DNA of 64,000 nt from Octopus sinensis (lineage: Eukaryota): contig NC_043005.1 of the NCBI RefSeq assembly GCF_006345805.1, positions 98,394,001-98,458,000 of the forward strand. Direction: 5' to 3'. Position numbers and translations under genes: made by a program. Positions within the stretch are counted from its first letter, which is position 1; each line of letters begins with the position of its first letter. The notes under the pieces were generated by a model. It saw only the letters and a program-made list of their open reading frames with translations. It did no database searches and was not told the DNA's origin. This document shows positions 39,489-52,129 of this stretch, one piece after another.

Positions 39489-39794
39489 TCACAACAACTT
39501 CTCAATCTGCTGCACCAGACCAGGTAGCTGGTAGAATATGGCTTCATTGCGCAGTTCTCGCAAGACTTGTTTGCTGCGGGGCAAAGCTTCAAAGCTGTAG
39601 TCACTGTCCCTTAAGTAATTGAGAATGTAGCGAAAGTGTGTTCCATCCCGGTCAATGAATACACTACCGTCAACTTCGTGTTTTATCTCGTGACGTCCAC
39701 TAAACATAGCGGCAAGCATGGAGTCCTGTACCTGGGTAAGTGTGAACACTGATGTGGTAAATTCATGTCCACCAACATCTAGTTTGATCCGACC
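39489..39794 (-). CDS. KCTD-like gene, terminal exon encoding a KCTD-type BTB/POZ (T1 tetramerisation) domain
   Basis: Acceptor ttaattttAG|GGT (phase 0). GRIKLDVGGHEFTTSVFTLTQVQDSMLAAMFSGRH...DGSVFIDRDGTHFRYILNYLRD...LRELRNEAIFYQLPGLV carries the hallmark L(N/D)VGG, SML..MF and FIDRDG..F..ILNYLR motifs. Stop TGA at 39491-39489. Confidence 0.92.
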   Translation of the reverse strand, partial: GRIKLDVGGHEFTTSVFTLTQVQDSMLAAMFSGRHEIKHEVDGSVFIDRDGTHFRYILNYLRDSDYSFEALPRSKQVLRELRNEAIFYQLPGLVQQIEKLL

Positions 39795-42700
39795 CTAAAA
39801 TTAAAAGAATAAAATATATCAAATCATAAAATAATTAAAACATATAATCCTTGCATAAGTTATCAGCAGACAGTTTAAGTTAGTTTTACTTCATTTGTGT
39901 AAAAATTTGTGTAAAAATCATGAACACCAGATTCTCTTGACTTCTCTTCCTGAAAATATGTAGTTTTGAATTCATAATTGAATCCATTTCCCTTTATTTA
40001 TTTATTTTTTTTTAAGCTTTGACTGAACAGACCAATGATAAAAGTAGGTTCCAACTTTGCCTAGCCATCTGTTTGTCTTCTCACACTTAAAGTATTCTTT
40101 GAAATAATTAATGCAAAAATGTGATCTGTGTTAGATGTGACAACTATTTCTAGCTAAATCTTAATTTGTTTATGTCAAGTGATTGCATTAAGGTACTCTT
40201 GTCAGCTTGACAATTATCTACTTTATTTTGGGAAAGTGAATCAGTGCATGATACATGCACAAAACATTCTTCCTCTCTCTATCTAAGCCATTATTACAAG
40301 CAATAAATTCCAAATTATATTTGGCCTACTTCTGCGCTTAATTACGATTTATAACAAAATGTTTAGCAATCTCCAATAGTTTTTATTTTGTTGTCAAGAT
40401 AAGTTGATTTTTATATTCTTAAAAAAACTAAAACAGTAACAAAGTCTTGGTGTATGTCTCATTAAAGTTTGAAAGTAATTTAGTAGAAATTAATTACAGA
40501 ATTGTTAACCAAATATCATGTCCATTTTTCTGTTTCATAATTTGCCATCAGGACTGACTCAAATAAGAACTTTTCTTCAAGAATGACAATATTAGCTCTC
40601 AGATGAAGACTTCCAATGACACTGTTTACTCAAGTCAATATGATTCTGCACTTTTCACCAAAATGAACAGATGTAGAAAGGTTAAGAATTTTGTCAAAAA
40701 CTACAGTGCAGTATCAGGAATGAGATAATGAACTCATGATGCATAAAATGAGAATGCTGATAATGTATCACTAAAACTCTTCTTCTTTTACTCAACACAA
40801 CCATTGTATGAGTGCAAATAAACAAGAAAGGTTCAGAAGGACTGAGTAAAGTTCATTGTTCTAGTGCAAAAGACAACAGCTGCATCAAGATTTAACTCTT
40901 CAGCATTTAAATCAACCAGATCTGGCCCAAATATTCTACTTGTTCTATGTTCCAACTGGACATATCCAGCCTCACACATTCTAAAAATAAATAGTCACAT
41001 AAATGAAATCTTGAAGGTACAAGATAATTAATGCATGATTAATACAAAACAATGTGAATAAATATGCATTATATTTGACAGATGAATCTGAATTCTAAAG
41101 GGTTAAACATATCATGAGGTTACTATATCAACCTCACAACAAGCTATTGTGAGTCATTCTGAATATATTAGAAATAAGATGATAACACTAAAGAAAAAAT
41201 AAATAATTCCTAACATAATGTAAGACTTCAAAATTATTGGTAAAGATAATAAAAGGTGATGACCATAGTTTTTTTCCAAGAATGCAAATGAACTGAAATG
41301 GTTTCATACGTTAAGGTCACCTGATAAGTGGCAACTACCACAGAATACAACAAAATAATGAAGCATAACTCATGGATATAGACAGTTCCCAAATGCTACA
41401 CTGCAACACACTAATGTATCATGAAAATAATGAAATTTTATTTTTTAAAAATGTGATAGAATACAAACTGAATTTCTAAATTCTAAGTCTCTTCCTCACT
41501 CTCATATTAAATGTGCATGAGAAAGAGAGATCATTGCACTGAAGGTGAAAGGAAGGTATGTTTATCTAAGTATGTGTCCAAATGATAAATATCACCAAAA
41601 TAGTAAGATTCATTTGTAGCATAACAAAGTACTTAATTTTCACTACTAGGAATTATTTATAAGTACTGATTGTTTATAATCAGTACTAGGAATTATTTAC
41701 AAAAAGTAAATAATTTTTGCATTAAATACATTTTTTAATTTATGCACATGGAGTTCTAAAACATTTCTATTAACCCTTAAGTACCCTACAAGTAGAAAGA
41801 AAAAAGAGAAAAAGATTTAGGAACTGGTGCTCAAAAAATATCTTTCTTGTTGAAAATATGAAACTTAAAAAAATTTTCAATGAATAAATTCTTTTTTTCT
41901 TAAAGTTTACAGTTTATATTTAGCGTAAATTCATACATTAAATACTATGACAAAAAGACAACTTGAAATATCTGCAAATGTAAAATAAAACAATATCAAG
42001 CATTGTAAAGTTAGGTTACTTATTATGTTAGAGGTATACAACTAATAAAGTCATTGAAAATATTTAAAAAGGAGACCTCAGAATCTAATGGTAATTATAT
42101 TCAGAATTATTCACCTCACAAATGTCAACAATGTAGATCATAAAATAATTATTAATAAGGAATAAATGTGACAGTGAATCTTGTAACCCATAGTATAGGA
42201 AAAAATAATAATTGTCTTTTAAGCCGAGAAGAGTTTTTACAGGCTGGTTTTTGTGTTCAGTTTTATGATATGAATGATAAATCTTCTTTTGGATATGATA
42301 AAGGTCTCTTTCAAACAACACTAGCAGAGGACCTTCTTCATGGTGATTCTTGATAGATAAGTAAACTGAAGTGTGTAGAATTAAGAATACTGCTCAAACT
42401 ATACACATGCAGTGAGTTGGAAGTGAAAATAATTGAAGTGGAAGGTGAACACTGAAGGCATGTTCTTCAAGAAGTGTAATCTAAAGCAAGTTGGCTTGGC
42501 AGAGTTCATTCTCTTCAAATTAAATTCACAGGAGCATATAACTCAGGTTTTCTTTACCTCTGCTAATTAAGCCTTTAGGGTTTATATATGTTTATATGTA
42601 TTAAAGAAGACATCACACAGACACAGCACTTAGTGATGCTGTAAACTTTAGCTACATACAAGATTGCTGCAACAATTGGACTTCAATTGGGGTATCATGG

Positions 42701-42923
42701 ACACCCCTATTGAAGAACTGCCACTTCTGTAGTTTCCCTTCCTCATAACTGTAAATGGTAAGTGAAACATCAAGACAGTGCCTATGCTTCATCTACCATG
42801 AACCTTTTTATGAACAACCATAAGTAATGACATGTATGTGATACGCATGTCTTAGCAAACAGACACTGCTTGTCCAGATTCAATACATAAACATTTATAC
42901 AAAAATATTTAATCTATTAAATT

Positions 42924-42965
<42 letters not shown>

Positions 42966-43829
42966 AATCTTCATAAACGCACACACAATAAATATATAAA
43001 GAAGGATGTACAATGTATTAGTAACAATTTAATGTCAGAATTTGAAGGTTCAATGTTTCCTATTGACCAAAGGTCTCAAAGTGAGCAGGAATCTTTGGTT
43101 TAGAGAAAATATGAAGTTATATTTATAGGGGAGTTAGGTTTGGAAGTGTGTGGATTGTGTATGGTATGGTGTAGGTAGGTTTCTAAGAGGAGTTTGCTTT
43201 TACCTGTTAATGGTGATAGTATTTGCATTTGTGTATGTTAGTTCATAAAATAGATAGATACATATAAAATTGATTTATCAGCCAGTTTTGAAGCTAAAAC
43301 AGGCAATTAGGCTATCAATAACATGGTTATAAAAAGAAAGATTATTTAAGGAGATAGAATTTAGAATAAAGCAAAATTATAATTTTTGGTAGAATATGTT
43401 TGTTAGGGGTGTCAGTGTAATGATATACAGCAGTAAATTGGTGGACTGTGCAGTAGTTTTTATTGTACAAGCTTGTAGTGGGGTAAGGGAATGAATAGTG
43501 TAAAGGAAATCATGTGACTGAAAAATAGATGTTTGTGTGGTAGCGAGAGACAGAGAGAGTGTGTATGTGTGTAAGGGCAGGGAATGATAGTGGTTGTTTC
43601 ATACAGATAGTCTTTATTGAGACTAGAAATATGTGTACATGCAAACATACACAGACTGAGAAAAAGCAACTCCATCATAAAATGGAATATTGTTGGAAAA
43701 AAAAAAGATTATAATGACCAAGGGAGCCACTATGAACTATGAGCATTGGAAAAAATCTTAAGATCTTGACTACATTGTGAACAAGAGAAAAATAATCCTT
43801 CCATGGATCTATGCAAAGAAATGTAGGTT

Positions 43830-45375
43830 TAAAACTTTCACTCACATTCCTGTACCAGTGGATTTCAAACTATAAACTGGCTGAACCCACAACATGTAGC
43901 TAACTAATGGGAGTAGCAAGAAATTTTACCCATAAAATCAAGTAGAAATTTAAGTAAAAAGTTGAACTCCTCCTCACAAAGCACTCAGAGGTATCTGGTG
44001 AGATGTATGCCAGAACTAGGCCCAGATGCAAGGCACAGTGGCCAGAGACTCCATATGTCAGCCACAGTCGCTACCAGTGGTCTGCTGGCTGACCCATCAG
44101 CAGGCTGCAGTCAGCCAGTCCAACGAAGGATCTAATGGCCTTGTTCATCAAATACATCTGACTGGCAGCAGTATGACAAGGATATTGTCCAAACATTGGA
44201 AGGGACTGCTGGCAGAGATGTGCGTCACTAACTGGAAACTATGGCCTCCATCACAGTGAACTTTGCAGTTAAGCATTTTGAGACAGTGGCAGGTAGGCCC
44301 ATACCATGAGTTTACATGCTAAATCTCAGGGCAATGAAAACCTAGCATCTCAGGAAAGAACTTAAGTCACTTAGGAAACAGGGAAATTTGAAAATCCCAG
44401 TCTGGCAGATCTTCAGGCAATCCTCAGGAAGGAGCACCTAATACTGATGACAGCTCAGAAGGAGACCAATTAATTGACCTGTTCCACGGACACTATTAAC
44501 GAGCAACACATGAGTGCTTACAGTGACAGTGAGAGGGACCAACCACCGAGCTCATGCAAAGCATTTATAACATTTACCAGGGCCAACAGTGGAATTCAAC
44601 TTGGAAAAGCTTTGCTTGAGAAAAGGCCCTAGCAGAATCCTATACAAAGTCTACAAGAACTATCCAAAGCTATTTCAATATCTTTTGAAGGCTTTGAATG
44701 TGATTTAGAGGAGAGGGAAAGTTTCCCAATCATGGAGATATGCTGAAGGATTATACATACCCAATGAGGAAAAAGCTGAGATTATCAACCAATTTTGTGT
44801 CATCTTCTTGCTCAGCATAGAGAGCAAGATTTTCTTCATCAGTGTCCAAGACACTCTCCAACTTTCTGTTGAACAAGATTTATGTCATCACATTGGTACA
44901 GATGGGAGGCATACCAGGCGTCCCTGGGTGCCTTGAACATATAGGCATGGTGACCCAGCTCATCAGAAAGGTACAACAAGAGAGAATCTAGTTGTACTGT
45001 GGCTGGACTTGGCCAATGCCTCTGGCTTGATTCCAGCTGGTTGAAGTTACACTAGAGAGACATCATGTACCCAGAAGTAAAAGACCTCATCAGAGACTAC
45101 TACAGCAAGTTCAGGTTGAGGGCTTCTTCTGGCTAGCTGACATCTGACAGAGCATGGATGAGTTTCAAACCTGCAAAGCATTGGTGCACAATTTCGAAGG
45201 AAGGGAAAGTCACCAATGAGTACTACTTCAGGGTAGGGAAAAATCAGATCCTCTCTGTCACAAAAAAAAAAGAAAAGAAAAAAAAAAGTGAGAAGTTTCA
45301 GGAAGGTCTTCAATCGCAGTTTGAAGGACAATGATGCCATCAAGACAGCCAGAGCAGACCTGGAGAGCTGTATAT
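43830..45375 (+). mobile_element. Degraded, internally deleted R2-superfamily (NeSL-like) non-LTR retrotransposon RT fragment
   Basis: Fragments LWLDLANA, LERHHVP..VKDLIRDYYSKFRLR, RAWMSFKPAK, RKGKVT and RSLKDNDAIK are typical of the RT of this clade. Many stops and frameshifts. Confidence 0.7.
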
Positions 45376-47940
45376 GAGGGAAATAGCCTGAATGCAATAT
45401 TAGATTGTTTATTTAGAAAATATTAGAACATTTGGTGAACTTGGCAACTATCAAAATTAAGATGTTACACTAAGACAGAACAGGTAGGATATACTGAAAG
45501 AAACCTATGCTAAATGCAAGGATAGGAAGCAAAAGCCTTGCATTTTGATAGCCAAAGTGATGTTGACAGATCCCACTGAAGAATCAAGAAGGAAAGGTTA
45601 TCCAGCTTTGGTGATCATGGCTTCTGCAGGTTCCTTCTGAAGGTTGATAAACAAAATGCTATGTGATATTTAGTTAGGTTGCTTTAAGTCCTGAGTTCAA
45701 ATCTTGCTGGGTTCTAGTAATGCCTTTTTTTCCTCATAGGATGATAAAATACAATCAAATATTGGGTTGAATTAATAGAATATATATATGTCCTTCTCCA
45801 AATACATAGCCTTGTACCCATGTTAGAAATTGATCATGAACAAACATAAAAGATTGAAGGTTTTGAGGGCAAAACTGTTTTTCTTTGCTTTTCTTAATAA
45901 CCAGTGCTTAGAGTATTGGACTTCAGACTGTGGAAGAGTTAGAGATCAAAGTAGGATTGATGGTATGTCTTTGCAGATGATTCAATGATTCATTGGACAA
46001 TTTTGTCCAAAGTTTATACATAATGCCAGTGCCTGCTTCAATATGCTTGGTGACAGTACTTGTAATATTAACAACAGTGGTAAGACAGTGGTGAGAAGCA
46101 AATATAATGTTGGAAGACAGGTGGAGATTTAAGTGTTTTGTCAGAAGTGTATTGGGCTGGTTCAATCAACAAAATTCAATTCACTTAAAACTAGTCTTGA
46201 GCTAATTCAAGAAATAACAATTTATAATTTATATGTTTCACAATTAACAAAGAGAGGAATTAATTTTTTGAAGTGCACAGAGAAGAAGGAAAATAGCAAC
46301 AATATCAACAACCCTATAAAAAAAACTATACAAAGGAGCCTCTATGTGGTTACTGAAAGTGCTAGAAATAACTATGGACCCCTAAAATTAGAAGGAAACA
46401 TTGGATAATGTAGTTTTTGTTATACTAGCTGGGAAAAAAAAAAAGGCAAAATCGAGTCTGGAATGCCTTTGATCATAAGTCTGCTTGATTTGGAGAGATT
46501 TGAAGCTTACACAACAAAAACAATACTTTTCAATGAATAGATATGGCAACATTTAGTAAATAATATGTTACAGGACGTATAAGAAGCGCAAAAAATGGCA
46601 GCATTATTTTCATGTACAAAAAGACAACTATTATTTTCACTTCCTAGTTTCATAAATAAGGGAGGTAACTCTTGATTGAGGTGGGTTATTTTTTAAATTT
46701 ATCTTTGCTCCAAGATTCCAGCCATGATCATCACATCTTATTTTGAAACATTGTTTTCAGGAGTACATCATCCTAAGTGTCTACCCAATTTTTTTAAGTC
46801 AGTAGAATAATTTGGAGAGAATTTAGTTGCTATTTCTAGCAAGTCAAATAGAGTTGCTCAATTTATTTTCTATTTCATGGTTTAGTAACAAAGGGAACCT
46901 CCCATAACATTTTTGAAAGGTTTCCAAAGCTAACAAAAGACTGTTAAGAGTTAGGACAGAATATTCTCATGACATTTATTTGCATAAGACTAACTCCAAT
47001 GATATAAATGGATAACATCTGGATGGAAATGCTGCTTCTAAAAGAGTTAGGTCGAAGAAATCAGATCTAAGAATATGAGTTTAACAAATAAAATGATATA
47101 AGATCAAGAGACATGGCAAGATGTTGTATTAAAAATTATGCTCAACCCATATCAGCATAGGAAAATAGAGAAGCTCGCTAACACTCTGTAGCCTCTATGC
47201 CACATACGTTTTGTTTCCTCCTCCTACCTTTCCAATCACTATTACAGTGGTCTCCATTCCTGAGATGCAGATAATCTTGTGCCACACCCAATCAAGCCCT
47301 CCAGCCCAGCTGACTCAACTCATCCCTTCTCATCCATCACCGATGGATGAAAAGGGATAATTGTTCATCTTTTAGTACAGGAACTTAAAAGTTCCTGCAC
47401 TAACCAGTGGCGTTCTGAAAAGGAACGATAAGGTACCATGTCTAACTCTTTTCAGCCCTCTGGAATTCTCATCTACCTTTGTTTTTCTTGACATTGTTGA
47501 TATACAACTGTTCAAGAACTGTATTAACCTCATGGCTTGTGGAGATCCTGTAACAGTGATAGGTACAGCTACTTCTTCCAGATCCCCAAAATAACAAGCT
47601 GAACCATGAAAGACCATACAAACTGGATGCTAGAACTCAAGACTCCTCTGCAAAAATAAGACTAGAAAGACAATAATGTCTACCATACCACCTCAAATGA
47701 GAGAACCACTACCAGCTACAAATAGTAGCCAAATACTCTCAGCTTACACTCTAACATCTCTAAAAATAAGGAACAAAAATGAAGAGCATATCCAAAATGA
47801 GGAATGCAATGTAGTCTTGGATATACAAAAAGATAGGATGATCACAGTTTTGATCATATTTACCTTCCCAGTCATGCTGACCTGGATCTAAGAAATAGAA
47901 AATAAGCTTAACAGAAAACTAAAATGGAGAAAATATTTAC

Positions 47941-48284
47941 CTTCTGTACTGTGTAGACATTTTCAATCCGGTTGTACTCATCCTTAAGCTGTTGCCAAAG
48001 ACGGGATACTTCCTTGGTCTGTTGTTCACTGTCGGCATCAAGAGCTCGTTTACTTTTCTCAATTTTGTCCTTAAGATTCTTCAATTCTGCTTCTCTTTCA
48101 TCAAGTTCCACAGCTCGGTCATTCATTTCAGCCTTCAGTTCCTTGGTTTTTTTCTTATCTTTCTGCACAATACGGTAGATCTTGCGAATTTCGTCTGCTT
48201 TACTTGAAAGACCTTCTTGTAAACGTTCAGTGGCATTCTGATAGCGAGATTGAAGGTCAGTTAGGCAGCCTTCAAGCAGAGATT
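47941..48284 (-). CDS. KCTD-like gene, internal exon encoding a ~115-aa coiled coil
   Basis: Acceptor ttcttccAG|AA (phase 1), 344 nt open: SLLEGCLTDLQSRYQNATERLQEGLSSKADEIRKIYRIVQKDKKKTKELKAEMNDRAVELDEREAELKNLKDKIEKSKRALDADSEQQTKEVSRLWQQLKDEYNRIENVYTVQK. Donor AAG|GTAAAT (phase 0). E/K/L-rich heptad pattern. Confidence 0.85.
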
Positions 48285-48586
48285 CTGGAAGAATTTAAAA
48301 TATATGAATACTAAGACCATTCATGTTATTTCTGAAACTTTAAATTTCTAACACACCAATATGATAGCAGTTGGAACACAAGCTTAATTGAAAGTAATAA
48401 ATAGCTATTTGTCCAAAATATGTCAAAATAATAGATAGCACAAGAAATACAGAATGCAGACCTACTCTGGTGGATATACCCTAAGACTTATCAATTACTA
48501 ACCTATTGCCTTGCAAGTGAACCTAGGAACAAAAAGGCTAGGAGAATATACTCAGAGGAAAAATAAACAGTGGTGATCAGCTTTAA

Positions 48587-48806
48587 CCCTTTAGCATTCA
48601 AACTGGCCATATCCGGCCAAAATATTTAACCTGTTTTATATTGAAACTGACCAGATCTCGCCTCTCACCTCAGCCCTACCATGTCATTCTAAAACTAAAA
48701 AATCACATCACTGAAATCTCTGGACTACAAGATAATGCATGATTAATTCAAAACAATATAAACAAACAAATATCACATTTGACAGAATAATCTGAACACT
48801 AAAGGG
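48587..48806. mobile_element. piggyBac-like MITE (second family); related copies at ~40896-41102 and ~7065-7230
   Basis: TTAA flanks at 48583-48586 and 48807-48810. Termini CCCTTTAG / CTAAAGGG. Shared internal GGCCATATCCGGCCAAAATATT-like motif. Confidence 0.75.
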
Positions 48807-50649
48807 TTAAGGTAGTTTCCCAGATTGCTGGCAGTTTCCTACACCTGGGAGGAGACCTATTTCCTTCACTGCAAAGATAATGATGCTGCTACATACACAA
48901 ACCTAACACCATTACAAAGCTTCATTATGTAGATATCTTACCTTGTAATATGGATAATGAGTCTTGGATCTCAAGGCATTTTTGTTTGTATGATGCTCAA
49001 ACAACCAAGTGTGTTAGTGAGATGCCTGAATTAAAAAACTGCCTCTTCTGTAGTTTTCTTGTTCATGAGTGTACCAAGTAGGTGAAACACAGACAATCGC
49101 GTGTGCGTGTGTGTGAGTGTGTTTGCGTGTGTGTGAGTGTGTTTGTGTGTGTACACACATGCGCATCTGTGTGAATCTCTAGTATGTGTATCTCAGCAAA
49201 AAATGCTTCCAGAAGCGACTTCGTCATCCTGGATGGAGGCTTGTAAACAACTATTGTCAAGTTATTCTATATCGAATAACATCAAGAATCTAATATTTTC
49301 AAGAATTTGATAGAGGTGGTGATAAATAGCTCAGTAATTGAACTTTTTATTCACAGATATGATTTATAACTGCAACTGCCATATATTACATATCATTGGA
49401 TAAGACAGGGCATATTAACTTTACCCGAAATTTCCTGCACAATTATCTTTTCCAGCATTGCGTGAGACACTCGTCTAATTAAAGCCCTATGGTAGGAGTT
49501 TAAAGAAGGGTGAAGTTTAAAGTCAACAGATAGTGATCTAAAAAGTAATAAGGAAGCACTGGTCTGAGCAGAAAATCCACAAAACTTTGAAAAAATATAA
49601 ATCTGTCCTGACCATTCATGAAGGAATGTAGAATGACCTCTGCCTATGCTACAAGACATAAAATATTGAGAGAATGGATGTGGCTTTAACAGTGGATTAT
49701 TAATTACAAGATCATGGGTTCAAACATTGCTGCAATTCTGGGATTATATCTTTAGTTTTAGGCTCATATCTCACTAATTGCCTGATGTAAAATATTTTAA
49801 GAAAACAATGAAAAACAATCTATGTTTGGACGGTTAATTCATTTACAATTTGAATTTGCTGAAGACTTCAATGACAGAAAAGAAAATAATTACAGGCTTG
49901 GCTATATAGTTAAGCAGTTTGCTTCATAGCCCTGTGGTTTGGGGTTTGATCCCACAGTGCACAATTTTGGCAAGTGTCTTCAACGAAAGCCTTCACTTGA
50001 TGATGCCTTGCAATTAGAATTCAATAGATGGAAACTGTGTGGGAACCTGATGGCAAAACCTTTGCAGTTCTTGGGTGGTAGATATAAACCATTGTGCAGT
50101 TAAATACTTTGTTGCTGGCATTCAGATCCCTAGGTTAAGAATAATATCCTTCCTTCCTACCACTTTCCCAGAGACCTTTAAAAGGGCAATGGGTGTTACC
50201 TTTGTTACATTTTCTCTTTTGAAGCTATGGAAACATTAAAAAAGACCCTCTCTACTGAAGAGAAAAGTTCCTGTTTTGGGATATAAATAAAGCTTTGAAC
50301 ACCACTCACCCTTATTAAACTATAAGTGTGGGGACATGTACACATACACAAATATATGAGAAACAGTGAGAAGTAGAACATCACATACACTTTAAAATGA
50401 CATGAATTTGGGTTGTCTGTGCTAAGATCAAACACATAATGCATTATTATAACTCACTTAGGCTTTTCATTTAAATATGCTCTCAAATGACCCTGACCCT
50501 GGAATGAAATCATTTTTAGTTTGTAAAGTGATTAATAGAAAAAAAATAATATTGCTCATGAGAAAATACTTTAAACAGGTGACACTATTATTTAAACTTA
50601 AAATTTCCAAATAAGAGATTGAAATGTAGAAAACAAAAAGCCTACTTAC

Positions 50650-51319
50650 CAAAATGACACTGCATTTCTTCAGAATCGCTATCATCCTCAACTTCATGAT
50701 TATCAGAAGTGGGAGGCTGAGCACGATGAAAAGATGGAGATGGCGGAGCAGCAACAGCTGCAGCAACTGCTTCAGAAACTGCACCTGCAACGGCCACCTC
50801 CTGCTGTAGAGAGTCAGTGCTATGTCCCATTCGCACAGCTCTTGCTCTAGGCTGCTGATGCACTCTGACTTGGTGACTTGGCAACTGTGCTCTTGGATTG
50901 GGTCCTCCATCACACAAATGTATGCCTACTTCAGCTGAGTTCTGCAGGTAATCTCCACAAATAAAGCATACATCTGCATTGTCCTCTACGTGTCTTTGAA
51001 CAGTGTTTCGGTGTTGCTGTTGATTATGGTGATGTGTAGCATTTCGATGGCCTCTTGGGTTGCTGCGGCGGTCCATGTTCCCAGTAACCATGCCACGTTG
51101 GTTTCCACGCCTGTAGTTAGGGAACCAGTGCGTTCGCTGTACATAACTTGCTGTATGAGCATTTCTACCTGGAGGAACACGTGGTCTGTGAGCTTCTTGA
51201 AGAGGTATCCTTCTAAGGATCTGCTGATCAAAACGACCGCGGGAGTTGTGATAACCCATCAAGGCCTGACGACTCCCATGGTTCACAAAGTGCCCATACC
51301 TTGCTCCTTGATTATACAT
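50650..51319 (-). CDS. KCTD-like gene, first identifiable coding exon: low-complexity N-terminus with a C-x2-C-x12-H-x-C motif
   Basis: Lies within the 235-aa ORF 50642..51349. Acceptor ttgtctttaacAG precedes 51336, ATG (MYNQGAR) at 51319, donor CATTTTG|GTAAGT at 50649 (phase 1), which joins in frame to the exon at 48284. The start codon is uncertain because the acceptor implies a further upstream exon. Confidence 0.72.
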
Positions 51320-51444
51320 AATTGATGTTATGTTCCCTGTTAAAGACAAGACAGCAAATATATACCAGATAAAAATTCATAACACAAAATAAGTAAATAA
51401 TTAAGATTACTAAGGCACTACCTATGTAAATATGTATAATATTA

Positions 51445-51489
<45 letters not shown>

Positions 51490-51613
51490 TATATTGTAAG
51501 ATACAAATAAGATGATGATTTATTTTCAAATGCAGAAATTCCATTAACACAGCAGAAATATTGGGTAAATTACCCTTACTAAACGGAAAAATTTGTCAAC
51601 AAACAGCCATATA

Positions 51614-52129
51614 TCTATATATATAAAGATGAGAATGTGTGTCTGTGTGAATCCCTAAAACTTGAGAACTACACAACCAATTTTGGTTTCCTGTAGCTTT
51701 GCTCTCTTTTACAAACCCAGTGAACATATATTTCCTATTTCAAAGAAATTCAAACAATAGATACAAGACCCAAGTTAAAAAAGATTCTCAACAATTCAAC
51801 TTCTCTGGTTGACATTAAGACACCCACCTCCAATAGGGGCCTTAACTCTCACATTTTACAACTCCATGACCTCCATTTTTCAGGAGCAAAATCCTTTTAA
51901 CAGGTTCTATAAGACTGGAGTTTTGGAATATGTGCATAAAAATCAGTAGTATGGGATACATGTGGCACAATTACAATTTTTTTAGGGTGTGTAAAGAGGG
52001 AAATAACCCTCATCTGCAATTTTGATGAAATTTGAAACATAGGTATTCCAGTTCATTACAGAAAATATAACAGAAAAGTCTATTTCGTCAATTGCATGTA
52101 ACACGGGCAACACAGGGTATCTCTGCTAG
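51614..52129 (+). mobile_element. Non-autonomous Helitron
   Basis: A|TCTATATATATAAAGATG 5' end. ACACGGGCAACACAGGGTATCTCTG-CTAG|T 3' end. Confidence 0.72.

Noticed and set aside
42085-42353. Overlapping 78- and 61-aa ORFs in the KCTD intron
   Set aside because: No recognisable homology and no convincing splice sites; expected by chance.
50467-51325. Alternative-frame and antisense ORFs (148, 81 and 111 aa) overlapping the KCTD first exon
   Set aside because: Shadow ORFs of a GC-richer coding exon; only the 235-aa frame has a phase-compatible donor.
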